25,996 nt of DNA from positions 1-25,996 of the forward strand of contig NW_021834131.1 in the NCBI RefSeq assembly GCF_006345805.1, read 5' to 3'. Shown one piece after another: positions 11,651 to 23,257 of the stretch (position 1 is the stretch's first letter; each line of letters begins with the position of its first letter). Position numbers and translations under genes: made by a program. Origin of the DNA: Octopus sinensis (Eukaryota). The notes beneath the pieces are model-generated. The model saw only the letters and a list, made by a program, of their open reading frames with translations. It was not told the origin of the DNA and did not search any database.

Positions 11651-11934
11651 GTGTATTTATGGCTTCGCGTTTCGCTTTCATTTGTGCATTAATAAATATC
11701 TCATTTATATCTATAGTATGTTCCCGCTGAAGATGAGAGAGCATTTGGTCAGATGAGAGAGCATTTGGTCAGAACCATCTTATCGAAAATATCCGTTGGC
11801 TTGTTGCATCGAATTCAAAATGTGTTTCTGACTTCTTTCAGTGATGAGGCTATTTAGCGTCTTTTTCTCAGCATATAGCTAGGAAATTTATTTATAAGCC
11901 CTTATTATAATTACACGGACACACACATATAACA

Positions 11935-11935
<1 letters not shown>

Positions 11936-11972
<37 letters not shown>

Positions 11973-12016
11973 CCTATCTATCTATCTATCTATCTATCTA
12001 TTTATCGGAATATATA

Positions 12017-12063
<47 letters not shown>

Positions 12064-12150
12064 ATCTTTATATATACCTATCTTTTCTACCTATGTATCT
12101 TATCTATCTATCTGTCTATCTATCTGTCTATCTATCTTATCTATCTATCT
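11936..12150 (+). repeat. (CTAT)n / (TA)n compound microsatellite
   Basis: Visible CTAT and TA runs. Confidence 0.95.
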
Positions 12151-12215
12151 ATTTATCTATATGTATGACTATATGTATATATGTATAAATATATATATAT
12201 ATAGATAGATAGATC

Positions 12216-12404
12216 TAATCAGTGGACCCGCGTGAGCGGAAAAGACCACCAGAAGACCTCCACGACGGTGGAGGTACGATTTCAGGAGGACGATTGGGAT
12301 CACGTGGATGAGAAAGGCGCGATCCAGAGAGGAGTGGACAGCGTGCTGTGACCAGCGATGTCAAATGTACACCTGACGGACTGGTCGGTCAAGTGATCAA
12401 GTGA
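12216..12404 (+). mobile_element. RTE-clade LINE 3' end
   Basis: Frameshifted W-PRERKRP-RPPRRWRYDFRRTIGITWMRKARSREEW is the RTE C-terminal W.PR..KR..GRP..RW motif. It is followed by a stop and a short repeat tail CAAGTGATCAAGTGA. Confidence 0.75.
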
Positions 12405-12416
12405 ATTGATATATAT

Positions 12417-12815
12417 AGGCTGTGTAGTAAGTAGCTTGTTTACCAACCACATGGTTCCGGGTTCAGTCCCACTGTGTGGCACTTTGGGCAAGTGTCTTCT
12501 ACTATAGCCTTGGGCCGACCAAAGCCTTGTGAGTGGATTTGGAAGACGGAAACTGAAAGAAGCTTGTCGTATATATGTATATATATATATATATATGCGT
12601 GTGTGTGTTTGTGTGTCTGTTTTTGTCCCCCTAGCATTGCTTGACAACCGATGCTGGTGTGTTTATGTCCCCGTTACTTAGCGGTTCTGCAAAAGAGACC
12701 GATAGAATAAGTACTAGGCTTACAAAGAATAAGTCCCGGGGTCGATTTGCTCGACTAAAGGTGGTGCTGCAACATGGCCGCAGTCAAATGACTGAAACAA
12801 GTGAAGATTAAAAGA
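12417..12815 (+). mobile_element. tRNA-derived SINE with CORE-like motif, two modules split by a microsatellite
   Basis: B-box GGTTCAGTCCC (12460-12470) and CORE-like ACTTTGGGCAAGTG. Same sequence as the copies at 13578 and 21962. Confidence 0.85.
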
Positions 12816-13577
12816 TATATACGCCCACATATACACATGTATGTATAATATACTTACACATATGTATATGTAACAGAAAGCTGAGGGTGATGATGATGAT
12901 GATGATGATTGTTTACCACCACATTGCAGTACTGCGTCATTGTCATTGCATTATAATTCTGATACATTGTAGTAGTCGTGACACACAAGACAGTGGAAGG
13001 TTGTTTATGTATGTTCTAAATGTTAAGTCAAGTGAAGTAAACAACAAAGCTTTGGTCTTAAAATAGTCAACAATCCTCTTAAAATATTTCATACAACTTT
13101 CTCTCTCTTAGAAATTACCATTGTTTGCCTTTTGTATAGTGGTGACTCAATAAATCACACACGCATACACATTCATAATACTTACATACATACATACATA
13201 CACACATACATACATCAAGCTTACCTGCATACATGCGTACATCCATCCATCCACATATAAATGCAGCAAGCTTTCATGTCTACATAGATACCAGTGGTTG
13301 AGGCAGGGATGTTGTCCTAGTTGCCCGAGTAACACCCTGTCTAGCCCATCCGACACCAAAAAAAGGGCCGGGACCAAGGTTTTTCAGAGCATAACTGTTT
13401 TATGTTTCTGGTCTCTTACAACATAGAATACATAAAAATGTGTCCATTTGTTACAAATTGCGATTCCCAACTAATATAGAAAATTTTGGGAAACTAAAAA
13501 GATCCTGGGTCCCCACTGCATACACACAGACGCATTCACACACTCTTAAGCAAACACATATATTCATATTTATATCT

Positions 13578-13990
13578 CGCGGAGGCGAAGCTGTGTGAAG
13601 ACGGAGACGTGGTTGTGTGGTAAGAAACTTGCTTCCCAAACACATAGATTCCGGTTCAGTTCCGCTGCATGGCATCTTGGGCAAGTGTCTTCTACTATAT
13701 CCTCGGGTCGGCCAAAGCCTTGTGAGTGTATTTAGTAGAGAGTAACTGTAATAAACCCGTCTTATATCTATGTATATACTTATGTGTGTCTTTGTGTCTG
13801 TGTTTGTCCCCCACACTCTCACTTGACAACTGATGTTGGTGTGTTTACGTCCCTGTAATGGAGCGGGTTGACAAGGGAAAGTGATAGAATGAATACTAGT
13901 CTGGCAAACAATAAATTCTGGGGTCGATTTGTTACTCTAAATCACGTTAAGGCGTTATTCCAGTAATCAAATGACTGAGAAATTAAATGA
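13578..13990 (+). mobile_element. tRNA-derived SINE (same family, duplicated head)
   Basis: GGTTCAGTTCC B-box and ATCTTGGGCAAGTG; second module CTTGACAACTGATGTTGGTG...GGGTCGATTTG. Confidence 0.8.
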
Positions 13991-14025
13991 ATATACACGT
14001 GCACAAATACATTTATACATACATG

Positions 14026-14080
<55 letters not shown>

Positions 14081-14324
14081 ATATATAATATAATATAATA
14101 TGATATAATATTTATATAACTTGAGATGTTTGACGTCCTGTTTACCAATTATATATCCGCTGCCTCGGAAATCTGCAATGGCTCTTTAACTGCCGTCTCG
14201 GCTATAACCTTGGAGCCTTAGTAATCTGTTACAGCACATATTATGGTGCCTAATCCTTTAAATAACCCGTGAAATAATATATATATATATACATATACAC
14301 ACACATATATATATATATATATTT

Positions 14325-15132
14325 AAATATTACATTATATAATTAGGGCTTAGTAAAATAAATTACTTTGCCACATACTGAACTTAGTAGAAATAGCAGC
14401 CAAAAAAATTTTTCTTAGCATTTCCACTACTTAAAGAAAATTTCTCTCAGATAATGTTTACTCAGACAGCTCACTAAGGTTTGGAGGTAAATACAGAAAA
14501 ATATCACAAGTACATAGATCGTTTGAGTACGTCAACGTTTCAAGATTAACCAAATAAACTCAGCATTTCTTTCGTCAGCTCAAAATATCTTAATTTGGAT
14601 TTGGAAACACTAAAAAGAAGGAACTTTACCTATCAGCGTACTTGTCGCTTCAGATGAACCACTCCAACTAACAGTGTCAACAAATTCAAAATGCGCAGGC
14701 GTAAATCTCTGCACTCCTCATTCCACCCACGTGGTCTATCTAGCAAACATTATACTTTAACCGCGAGAACCGAGGCAGTATTACCGAGAGAAATGAATTA
14801 TAATATCAACAATTGAGGGTAAAATTAATTAATTAATCAATTTCACCAAGTGTTCAATATGTAAAAGGACCATTTAAGGCGAATTCAAAATATTACATTA
14901 TATAATTAGGGCTTAGTAAAATAAGTTACTTTGCCACATACTGAACTTAGTAGAAATAGCAGCCAAAAAAAATTTTCTTAGCATTTCCACTACTTAAAGA
15001 AAATTTCTCTCAGATATTTACTAAGCCCTAATTATATAATGTAATATTTTGAATTCGCCTTAAATGGTCCTTTTACATACTGAACACTTGGTGAAATTGA
15101 TTAATTAATTAATTTTACCCTCAATTGTTGAT
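14325..15132 (-). mobile_element. Hammerhead-bearing Penelope-like element: partial tandem (563-bp period) plus inverted terminal copy
   Basis: Direct repeat 14325-14453 / 14888-15016 (129 bp). Inverted repeat 14805-14920 / 15017-15132 (116 bp, about 1 mismatch). Hammerhead at 14522-14584. TA microsatellites on both flanks; terminus TTGTTGAT. Confidence 0.7.
14522..14584 (-). ncRNA. Type I hammerhead ribozyme
   Basis: The minus strand reads UUUGAG-CUGACGA-AAGA-(22 nt loop)-UCUU-GAAA-CG-UUGA-CG-UA-CUCAAA: 6-bp stem I, intact core, 4-bp stem II, 3-bp stem III with a tetraloop, GUA cleavage triplet. Predicted cut between 14528 and 14527. Confidence 0.9.
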
Positions 15133-15143
15133 ATATATATTAT

Positions 15144-15195
<52 letters not shown>

Positions 15196-15312
15196 ATATA
15201 TATATACATATATATACATACATATACATATATCTACATATATATATATATACATATATATATACGTATATATATATACATATATATACACATATATATA
15301 TATACATATATA

Positions 15313-15392
<80 letters not shown>

Positions 15393-15430
15393 ATAAGTAT
15401 ATATATATATATTAAAGTATGGGGGTTTAG

Positions 15431-15694
15431 TTCACAGGTCCCGAAAATGCTTTTGTATTTGTCGCACCTAACCCTACCTTTTCAGAGAGTTTTGTTTGTA
15501 AACCCTCAGATTCCATAGTTCGGAATGAGTTTTTGCCCTTTGTTTCAACATGTTCTGTGTCACGTATGAGAAATACGTCTCTCCCACGTCCCGTAACTAT
15601 TTTGAGGGATACTGGAGCTCTCCACTTTCTGATTTCGAAAGATATTTTGTCTTTTTTTCATGAGTCGTCAGGGAACTCAGATGTTTTGTTTCAG
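15431..15694 (+). mobile_element. Gypsy/Ty3 LTR-retrotransposon gag-protease fragment
   Basis: Open frame ...NEFLPFVSTCSVS...PRPVTILRDTGALHFLISKDILSF...SGNSDVLFQ carries the aspartic protease DTG at 15608-15616 in the typical P.IL RDTGA context. No LTR is seen; both flanks are TA microsatellite. Confidence 0.8.
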
Positions 15695-15749
15695 GATATA
15701 ATGCGGCAATGTATGTATGTATATATATATATATAATATATATATATAT

Positions 15750-15797
<48 letters not shown>

Positions 15798-15954
15798 TAT
15801 ATGTATATATGCATTTATGTATATATATATATTTGTACGGCAAACACTAACTTTTTTCCGTCGAGGGTATATATTTACATGGACTATTTATAACTGACAA
15901 AACACGGTGAGCTTTCAAAAACTTTAAACTAATGAAATTTTAAATATATATATA

Positions 15955-16062
<108 letters not shown>

Positions 16063-16783
16063 CATACACATAAAATGATTGCTCCATCTTGGCAGACGGT
16101 TGCCGTTACCTTTTGCTTACTGTTTGTGAATGGCATTTCCGTGTTTCCATTCATGATTTCTCAGTTGAAATTTAGTCTCTCTGCCGATCTGGCTTCTTTG
16201 AAGCGTAGCTGAGAGACGAAAGTTGTTGTAGCCTACCGTGCGCGTTCATTCTTCCATCACCGTAGGAACTGCAGCAGATGAAATGCCGAATGTGGTCATG
16301 TTAAAGAGATAATTGTGCATTATTTGATTATAATGAGAGGCACCTGTAGAATACCAGTACCACTCTGAGTCTCTGTGACTAGAACCTAGTGGGAGACCGA
16401 ACAGAGAGGACTTTTAATCAGGTCAAACAGCAGGTTTTCCATCAGTAGGCACCTCTGATGCAACCAAGGGAACCGTCTTTTTAGCGGTTTTACTGCACGC
16501 CGTGACATCAACCAAAGTTATTTCCCGCATTTCCGCGCTCCGATACATTGTCAATACTAATATTAGTTAACTTATAGTTGGACCTTGACATTTGCTAACA
16601 CTCCGTATCAGAGTAGCGCGGGGGACGATAGTGGCTACAAGGTGATTCCAGATTCCACAAACCCTGGACCTCCCGAACAAAATACCCCACTACTGGATGC
16701 AGTTTGAGTTATACCCAGCACGTAGATCTATATATATATGGTCATACATACATATATATATTTATACATGGATATATATATGT

Positions 16784-16821
<38 letters not shown>

Positions 16822-17009
16822 GTGTGTACTGTGTGCATATAATATATATATGTATATATATATTTATGCATGTATGTATGTCTGTATGTATGTATGCATG
16901 AAAAGAAGCATATAAGGCGTCGTGTCAAAAGAGATGTGTTGAGAGGTGAAATCGATGGAGAAAAGCAATTAAAAATGTATACGACTCATAAAAATGATTC
17001 GTCAATTTC

Positions 17010-17166
17010 ATTGGCTAACAGAAGTTAGATCCTGGTTGACTGTGCTATAACTTCAATGCATTACTTTCATTTCTTAATTTTTATTAAAAGTAGCGAACGC
17101 AAACCATCAGAGTGAATATTTTTTTTTAAATGACCAGCCGAATATTGCCTTTCTTCTCAGGTAAGT
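17010..17166 (+). promoter_or_regulatory. Candidate promoter and non-coding first exon ending at a strong splice donor
   Basis: ATTGG (17010-17014), TATAA (17046-17050) and a perfect CAG|GTAAGT donor at 17158-17166 in non-repeat-looking sequence; no convincing coding frame. Confidence 0.25.
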
Positions 17167-17568
17167 CTAATTTTTTCTCACTCCGTTCTTTTCATATGTC
17201 ACAATTTCGATGTAGCAATGAAAATAGATGCCTTGCATTACGATTGATTGTTTAATATATCCTCAGCCCCGAAATTTCAGGCTTTGTACATTTAGTACAA
17301 AGGATTACCATTATCATTATTATTATTATTACTTCCAACGATGTCGACTTTGTCTTTCACCCTTTCGGCTCCGTTAAATTAAGTAATAGTTGGTTACCGG
17401 GGTCAATGTAATCGACTAGTCCCCTCCCTCAAATTTAAAGCCTTCTACTTATAATAAAAAGGATTATTATTACTAATTCCGCCGAGATTGCTTCACCTTT
17501 CATAATTTTGGAGTCGATGAAATAAGTATCAACTATGTAAAATATACGAAGCCCAAGATACCCAGTTA

Positions 17569-17569
<1 letters not shown>

Positions 17570-17640
<71 letters not shown>

Positions 17641-17679
17641 GTATTAGTATTATTATTATTATTATTATTATTATAATTA

Positions 17680-17730
<51 letters not shown>

Positions 17731-17766
17731 TTATCATCATCATTATTATTATTAATATTATTATCA

Positions 17767-17803
<37 letters not shown>

Positions 17804-17877
17804 CATCATCATTATTATTATTAATATTATTATCATCATTATTATTATTATAATTATTATTATTATTATCATCATCA

Positions 17878-17942
<65 letters not shown>

Positions 17943-17955
17943 ATTATTATTATTC
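17570..17955 (+). repeat. (ATT)n/(ATC)n trinucleotide array
   Basis: About 385 bp of near-pure ATT with ATC interruptions; it produces the poly-I and poly-N ORF artefacts. Confidence 0.98.
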
Positions 17956-18061
17956 TTAAGGCGGCGAAATCGATTTTTCATTTGATCCTTTCGGGGTTGA
18001 TAAATTATGTACCAGTAAAACACTGGGGTCGATGTAATCATCTAGTCCCCACCGCCAAAAT

Positions 18062-19025
18062 TAGGAAAAAAGCAGCCCATTTGTATTTAGAAGAAAGGAT
18101 TATTAATTCCTCTACGCACAACAGATTAGACTGGAACATGAAAAGTTCCTAACATCGGGCTACAGCAAGTAACCTTATATGCGAAAAACCTTCCTAAGTA
18201 TCCTAGCTGCCCCTAATAACACGGTTTCCTGGAGCTGCACTAAAGTAGGTTTTATGCCTAGTATTTCTATTTCTTTGTGAAACCCTTAGCGATAATTCGT
18301 AATGCACTTATAGCTACAGGGTTACATTTTATCCACACACTTCCTGAATGGCTAGAACCTGGTACTTTGCCATTTTCTGTATAGTTTCTATATTGATTAT
18401 CTCATCATTTGGGATTGTAAAGTCAATTACCTGACACTTTCCCTTCTCTTAGGCTACTACTTCTAAATAAGGCTTTGTAGCTTCTATTAATCTCTCGGCC
18501 TGAATAATAAAATCCCACCATGTCTTATATTTTTTTCTTATTTTCTAGCACTTTACTAGATTCATATTTATAACACTTATCAGTATGGTCAACTTCTAGC
18601 TATCTACATAACTTCCTCTCGATTATTCTACCCAGCTTATCATGAGTAGCACTTTACCCTTTGATTCACTTAACCTGCATTGTTAATCTGCCAGATTTTC
18701 CTCTACTCTGGCTTTTATCCAAATAGTCCTCTATATCAGACCTTGTGCAATTACTAACAACAGTTTTGTTTCCCTTTTCAGCCTTGCTTTGTGAATCCAC
18801 AGCTGTCTCATTATTATTTTCTTCTGTGATTATCTTTGGAAATCTACCGTGCAAAGCCTTCTCTTGCCAGTCAGATAATCTTGCTTCATTTTTTTTAAAG
18901 GTTTTTAACCCCTTTGGTCTTTTGGTTTCCCTATCTCCTACTGTTACACTTGAGGCTCTTTATAAAATTTCATCATTGTTACCTACGTATGAGGCTATAT
19001 TTACTATAGCTAACTTCGCACAGTC
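18062..19025 (-). mobile_element. Degraded R4/Dong-like (RLE-type) LINE 3' region
   Basis: Minus-strand relics WQEKALHG, HDKLGR, WWDFIIQAERLIEATKP, CQVIDFTIPND, KYQVLA and LQETVLLGAARILRKV. The (AAT)n array lies 3' of it on the same strand. Confidence 0.75.
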
Positions 19026-19084
19026 GTGTTGTTGTTAGTTGTTGTTGTTCTCCTTCTTGTGGCCATCCAAGTTTATTATGTCCG

Positions 19085-19668
19085 CCCGATAGATTTTTCT
19101 TCCTCCATTACTATTATATATTCGAGGAGCTTTAAATTTTAAAGATTTACCAACTGGGAATCGAAATGGTGAAGTATTTGAAACATTATCGAAAGCAGCA
19201 GAAAAATATACTTTACGTAGTTATGATGGTAAGTGAATGAGATTTCTAGAAGAATCTGCAGGTATTGATGTTTCACCCATCTCAACTGAGGCGAAGCTAT
19301 GCATAGCTATATGCAGTTCACACGCTTAAATACCCTGTAGAACTGTATCAGCTGAATGAAAGTACATTCATTGAAGACTTTTAACGAAGCTACTTTAAAA
19401 TTTCCTTTAACAATTCATACAGGGAATAGATTTGATATTGTGATTGCATGGTATTAGTTGTACCACATTAGGCTTACCAGAGCCAGTTCTTAATTTTCAT
19501 TCTAATGTTCAAACGGATATTTTGGAGGACCGAACTTAAGTTGAGTAGGGAATCAAAAGACTTCAGTTCAGACAAATCTTTGTTTGAGAGAATAGTTGAT
19601 GCCATTTAGAGTGGGGAAGCATTCTTTCGTTTCACTTGCATCTGGTAGGTCTGGGAGAAAACTACGTT
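19085..19668 (+). mobile_element. Degraded Helitron Rep-helicase fragment (Rep-Hel linker to Walker A)
   Basis: Interrupted translation IFLPPLLLYIRGALNFKDLPTGNRNGEVFETLSKAAEKY...*MRFLEESA...TLGLPEP...LFERIVDAI*SGEAF...LASGRSG-(fs)-KTTF. This resembles the RepHel pattern RLLL.HVRG..SF.DL.TVNG...TF.EA...W...LEEA...GLP.P...F..I..A...FL.A.GG.GKT. Confidence 0.75.
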
Positions 19669-19980
19669 TACAATAACAAAGAATAGTATCAAGGGGAACT
19701 GTCTGCGATTATGTTGAAAAAGTAGATTTGTCTCGCTATGTGACAAATAAATTCGTGAAATGAAGACACTTTCTTCTTAACTGTTGCCTGTAAATATTTC
19801 TATTGTATAAAGAAGATCGTTGCGCTCTTCTATAATTGTTGCTCATGTTCAATTTAGTAAACTCTTCAGGGGTCTGAGGTTTCGTTCTCACATTATAATA
19901 CTCCAAACGTTCATCACCAGAATATGAGGTGGAATTCCACGTGGATTTTGTTCATTTAACAACTCCACTGGAAAATGTAT
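19662..19980 (-). mobile_element. Degraded Helitron PIF1-type helicase C-terminal fragment
   Basis: The minus strand reads FPVELLNEQNPRGIPPHILVMNVWSIIM*ERNLRP...IEIFTGNS*EESVFISRIYLSHSETNLLFQHNRRQFPLILF, matching YP.EFLN.L.P.G.PPH.L.LK.G..IMLLRNL.P...ILTG...GE.V.IPRI.L......F.F.R.QFP. An acidic low-complexity stretch extends upstream to about 20230. Confidence 0.8.
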
Positions 19981-20249
19981 GGCTCATATTCATCATTATA
20001 ATGATCATCATCTTGATCATGATAATCCTCACAATTTCCCTCCACCTCATCATATTCGTTATGATCGTCATCAATATCTGCGTTCTCGTCGCTGTAATAG
20101 CATCTTCATCGTAGTCATCTTCACAGTTGACATCGTCATCGTAGTCTTTTTTTGTAAACTGTAAAATTTTGACGTCAAAGCTAATAAAAAAATATTCTTC
20201 GCGAAAGTTACAAAGCGGCGGATCGTCGTTTTACTTAAAGGGGAAGTAG

Positions 20250-22128
20250 ATGTCATTAAAAACGTATAGGAAGAATATCATTCATCCTGGGGCCATGTCA
20301 CTCCCAGAAGGGGGATGATGTGCATCGAGAAAATAAGAAGAATCTATAAGAGCACCAATCGCGCAGAATCGATGCTACAATTCCTTTCCTCAACCGAAAT
20401 AGAAAAAAATATTTGGAAGATGTGTAGCATACCGTAGTGTATAACAAAGGATGTGCGTAGGAGGGATACGATGACCTGCACCCTACTTCGCTATGCTACC
20501 CTTTTATATGGAACGCTATGTGACGAACGTGAGGGTCACAAACGTACCTCCTCATAGGGACCAGCACGGGGAAATAATGAGCCTGAAATCAACCCCCCAT
20601 CAAAATAAAAAGAAGGAATTCCAAGTTTTAAGTGTTCCAGAAGATGTGGTTTCCATAGCAAACTTTTTTGTCTATCGGAGATTGTTTGGCAGATGCCGGT
20701 GGTCGTCAAGGGTAGGAAATCCAGATGTTATACATGTGGCAAAATAGATCAGCCCAAAGCTTTCTACGTCACAGTGGTGAAATGACTTGCACTGCATCGC
20801 TGCTTCCAACGCAAAATCTACTGTAATTACAAAGAGAACGGTAGCAGCACCCACCACAACAACGATAAACACAGAAGCAACAAAACAAACCTCCACTCAA
20901 GGAAAGGCGTGAAAGAAAGTCCCGTGACTACCTCCACAATCACAACCACCACTACGAACAACATCAGTAAACGATACGGAAGAAATTAAATCCAAATCCA
21001 GGCTACTCTTCGGATATTGAAGTAGCTTTGGAAGACACCAAATCACCCTAGTGGGTAGTCAGGAATGGTGAAAATAGTGTCTTGACCACTAACCCCTCAA
21101 ACTTTGTTAGCACCAAGTACGAGTGTCCCTAGTCTCATAAATCGATAGAACAACAATTACAACACCCACAACAATAACTTCAAAAACAAGAGACAATCCT
21201 GCAACAACAAAAGAAAAAAAAGAAATGACATTCCGAACAACAGCGCGAGTTACATCGGGATCGGAAAGAAAAGGACCAAAGCCAAAAGCAACCAAACCGA
21301 CGCCCACATCAATTACAATGGACGTAACATTTAGAGCAACACCTGACAGAGTAGTCTCCCAACTGAACAGTTCTCCGAAAGTAAAACATTGATCTCATCA
21401 AGTTTACAAACTCAGGTAAAAGCAACGTTTCCAAAAATATACAAGAAAAGGCTCTGGTAGGAACGCCAGCAACAATGTACAGTGTTTCGAAGAAAAGTTT
21501 CCAACATGATGTGGAAGGATTGAAAAACATTTTACACAGAAGAATCTTAGAAGACTCATACAACGTCCTGGAAAAAGATTTCTTAGATCTGGTCGGTAGG
21601 TCTTTGATATAAGCAACAGGAAACGAAACAGTAGAGCCCGATGGGAATATCTCGCTCCTTAATTTTGGTGGGTGATTGGAATGGGACTTTGAACGCAGAC
21701 AAGTATTTTGTGGGATTAGTCAAACTCGTAACCTTTATAGTAACCTTTATAGTTGTCATAGAAAAGACTAATAAAAAGGATCCTGTTACTGGAAGATGAA
21801 TGCATCCATTCCGGTGTGAAAATGTTCCAAGGATCAGATTATTATACGAGTCAAGCAAATATTGATAGGAGATATAATCTAGAGTAAGTGATGTGTTTTA
21901 CTAAAGAGAAAAATCAGTGACATCTGTTAGTTTTAGCAGAAATTGTTATAGAAAACTACAGGTGAAGGCGTAGCTGTGTGGTAAGAAGCTTGCTTCCCAA
22001 TCACACAGTGACGGGTTCAGTCCCACTGTGTGGCACCTTGGATAAGTGTCTTCTTCTATAGCCTCTGTTCTACCAAATCCTTCTGAGTGGATTTGGTAGA
22101 CGGAAACTGAAAAGAAGCCCGTCGTACA

Positions 22129-22191
<63 letters not shown>

Positions 22192-22950
22192 TGTTTGTGT
22201 GTGTGTACACTTATATGTATGTGTGTGTGTTTGTCCCCCACCATCGATTGACAACCGATGTTGGTGTATTTAGGCCCCCGTAAACCAGTGGTTCATAAAA
22301 AGAAACCGATAGAATAAGTACTAGGCCTACAAAGACTAAGGCCTGTGGTCAATTTGTTCGACTGAAAGCGATGCTCCAGCATGGTGGCAGTCAATTGACT
22401 GAACCAAATAGAAGAATAAAAGGATAGAAAATAAACTAAATAGTTTAGAAGAGACACATAGGAGATAATGCATTCTCTGGAACATGCAAACTCAAATATT
22501 GTCGGTTGGGCCCGTGTGGTGGAGGCACAGTTTACCATTACTGCAAGAATTATGTCAGTAGCAGAACGCAGCGGTCTTGTGCTCTCCGATTCCGAGTAAC
22601 TGAGCGCTATGTTTCCGTAGCATTTCGTCAACCTGTTTTCGAGGTGCGATATACTTGAGACAGCGGGCTTTAAGGCCTACTTCCATGATTTGCCACAACA
22701 ATCGGACTGGGAGACTGAGGGTTGTTCAAAACTAATTTCAGCAGATGAAGTGGCAGAAATACCGATCTGCTGTGAGGGGATTAAATCACCAGGATTGGAT
22801 AATCTGCCTTCGGAATTAAACTTCCATATGGCAAACATCATGGAAGGGAACCGAGAATAGATCTGATTTTGGGAAGGGCTCTGGTCAATTTGAATCAACC
22901 CAAAGCATTCGACAGGGTAGGTCATCGCCACATGTTTGCTCGTTCCCGCC
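20250..22950 (+). mobile_element. Degraded, internally deleted Tx1/L1-like LINE interrupted by a SINE
   Basis: ORF1 relic MPVVVKGRKSRCYTCGK (zinc knuckle). APE relics include GDWNGTLNAD and YWKMNAS. After the SINE come KSPGLDNLP and GRALVNLNQPKAFDRVGH (RT). Confidence 0.7.
21962..22425 (+). mobile_element. tRNA-derived SINE inserted in the Tx1-like relic
   Basis: B-box GGTTCAGTCCC at 22014-22024; colinear with the 12417-12815 copy. Confidence 0.85.
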
Positions 22951-23257
22951 TTCAGAAGCTGAGTCACCAAAATGTAAAGCGGCATCTGCCTGTTGGTCAA
23001 ATTCCACTTTCAGTATCCAATTTCAATCCTCAAAGATACCCCCGCTTTTCGGTCTTACATGCTTAGGAGTTGGATCCCTAGTTGCGAAGGGTGAGTTTGT
23101 GGAGAATTAGTGTGAATCGAGTGTAACAGAGGGTAGGGGTGAAACACAAATAAAAATACAAAACAAAACTTAAATCCCAACCCTCATTAATGCATAAACA
23201 ATAATAACAGTAATCCTTTGTACGTGAAACACAAATCTCATATTTTCATATTTGGGA

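Noticed and set aside
11727-11800. CTGAAGA...GAAA with a 20-bp tandem duplication (11731-11770)
   Set aside because: The stems do not close in hammerhead register; it is a simple local duplication.
12417-12480. tRNA-like A/B boxes (also at 13604 and 21962)
   Set aside because: No cloverleaf; these are SINE heads, not tRNA genes.
16175-16312. Possible third hammerhead (CTGCCG-ATCTG...CAGAT-GAAA)
   Set aside because: The core CUGANGA is broken and no consistent stem III / UH / stem I can be drawn.
19145-19228. Apparent 84-nt symmetric exon (AAAG|...G|GTAAGT)
   Set aside because: The frame continues on both sides as Helitron RepHel sequence, so the splice-like sites are probably incidental.
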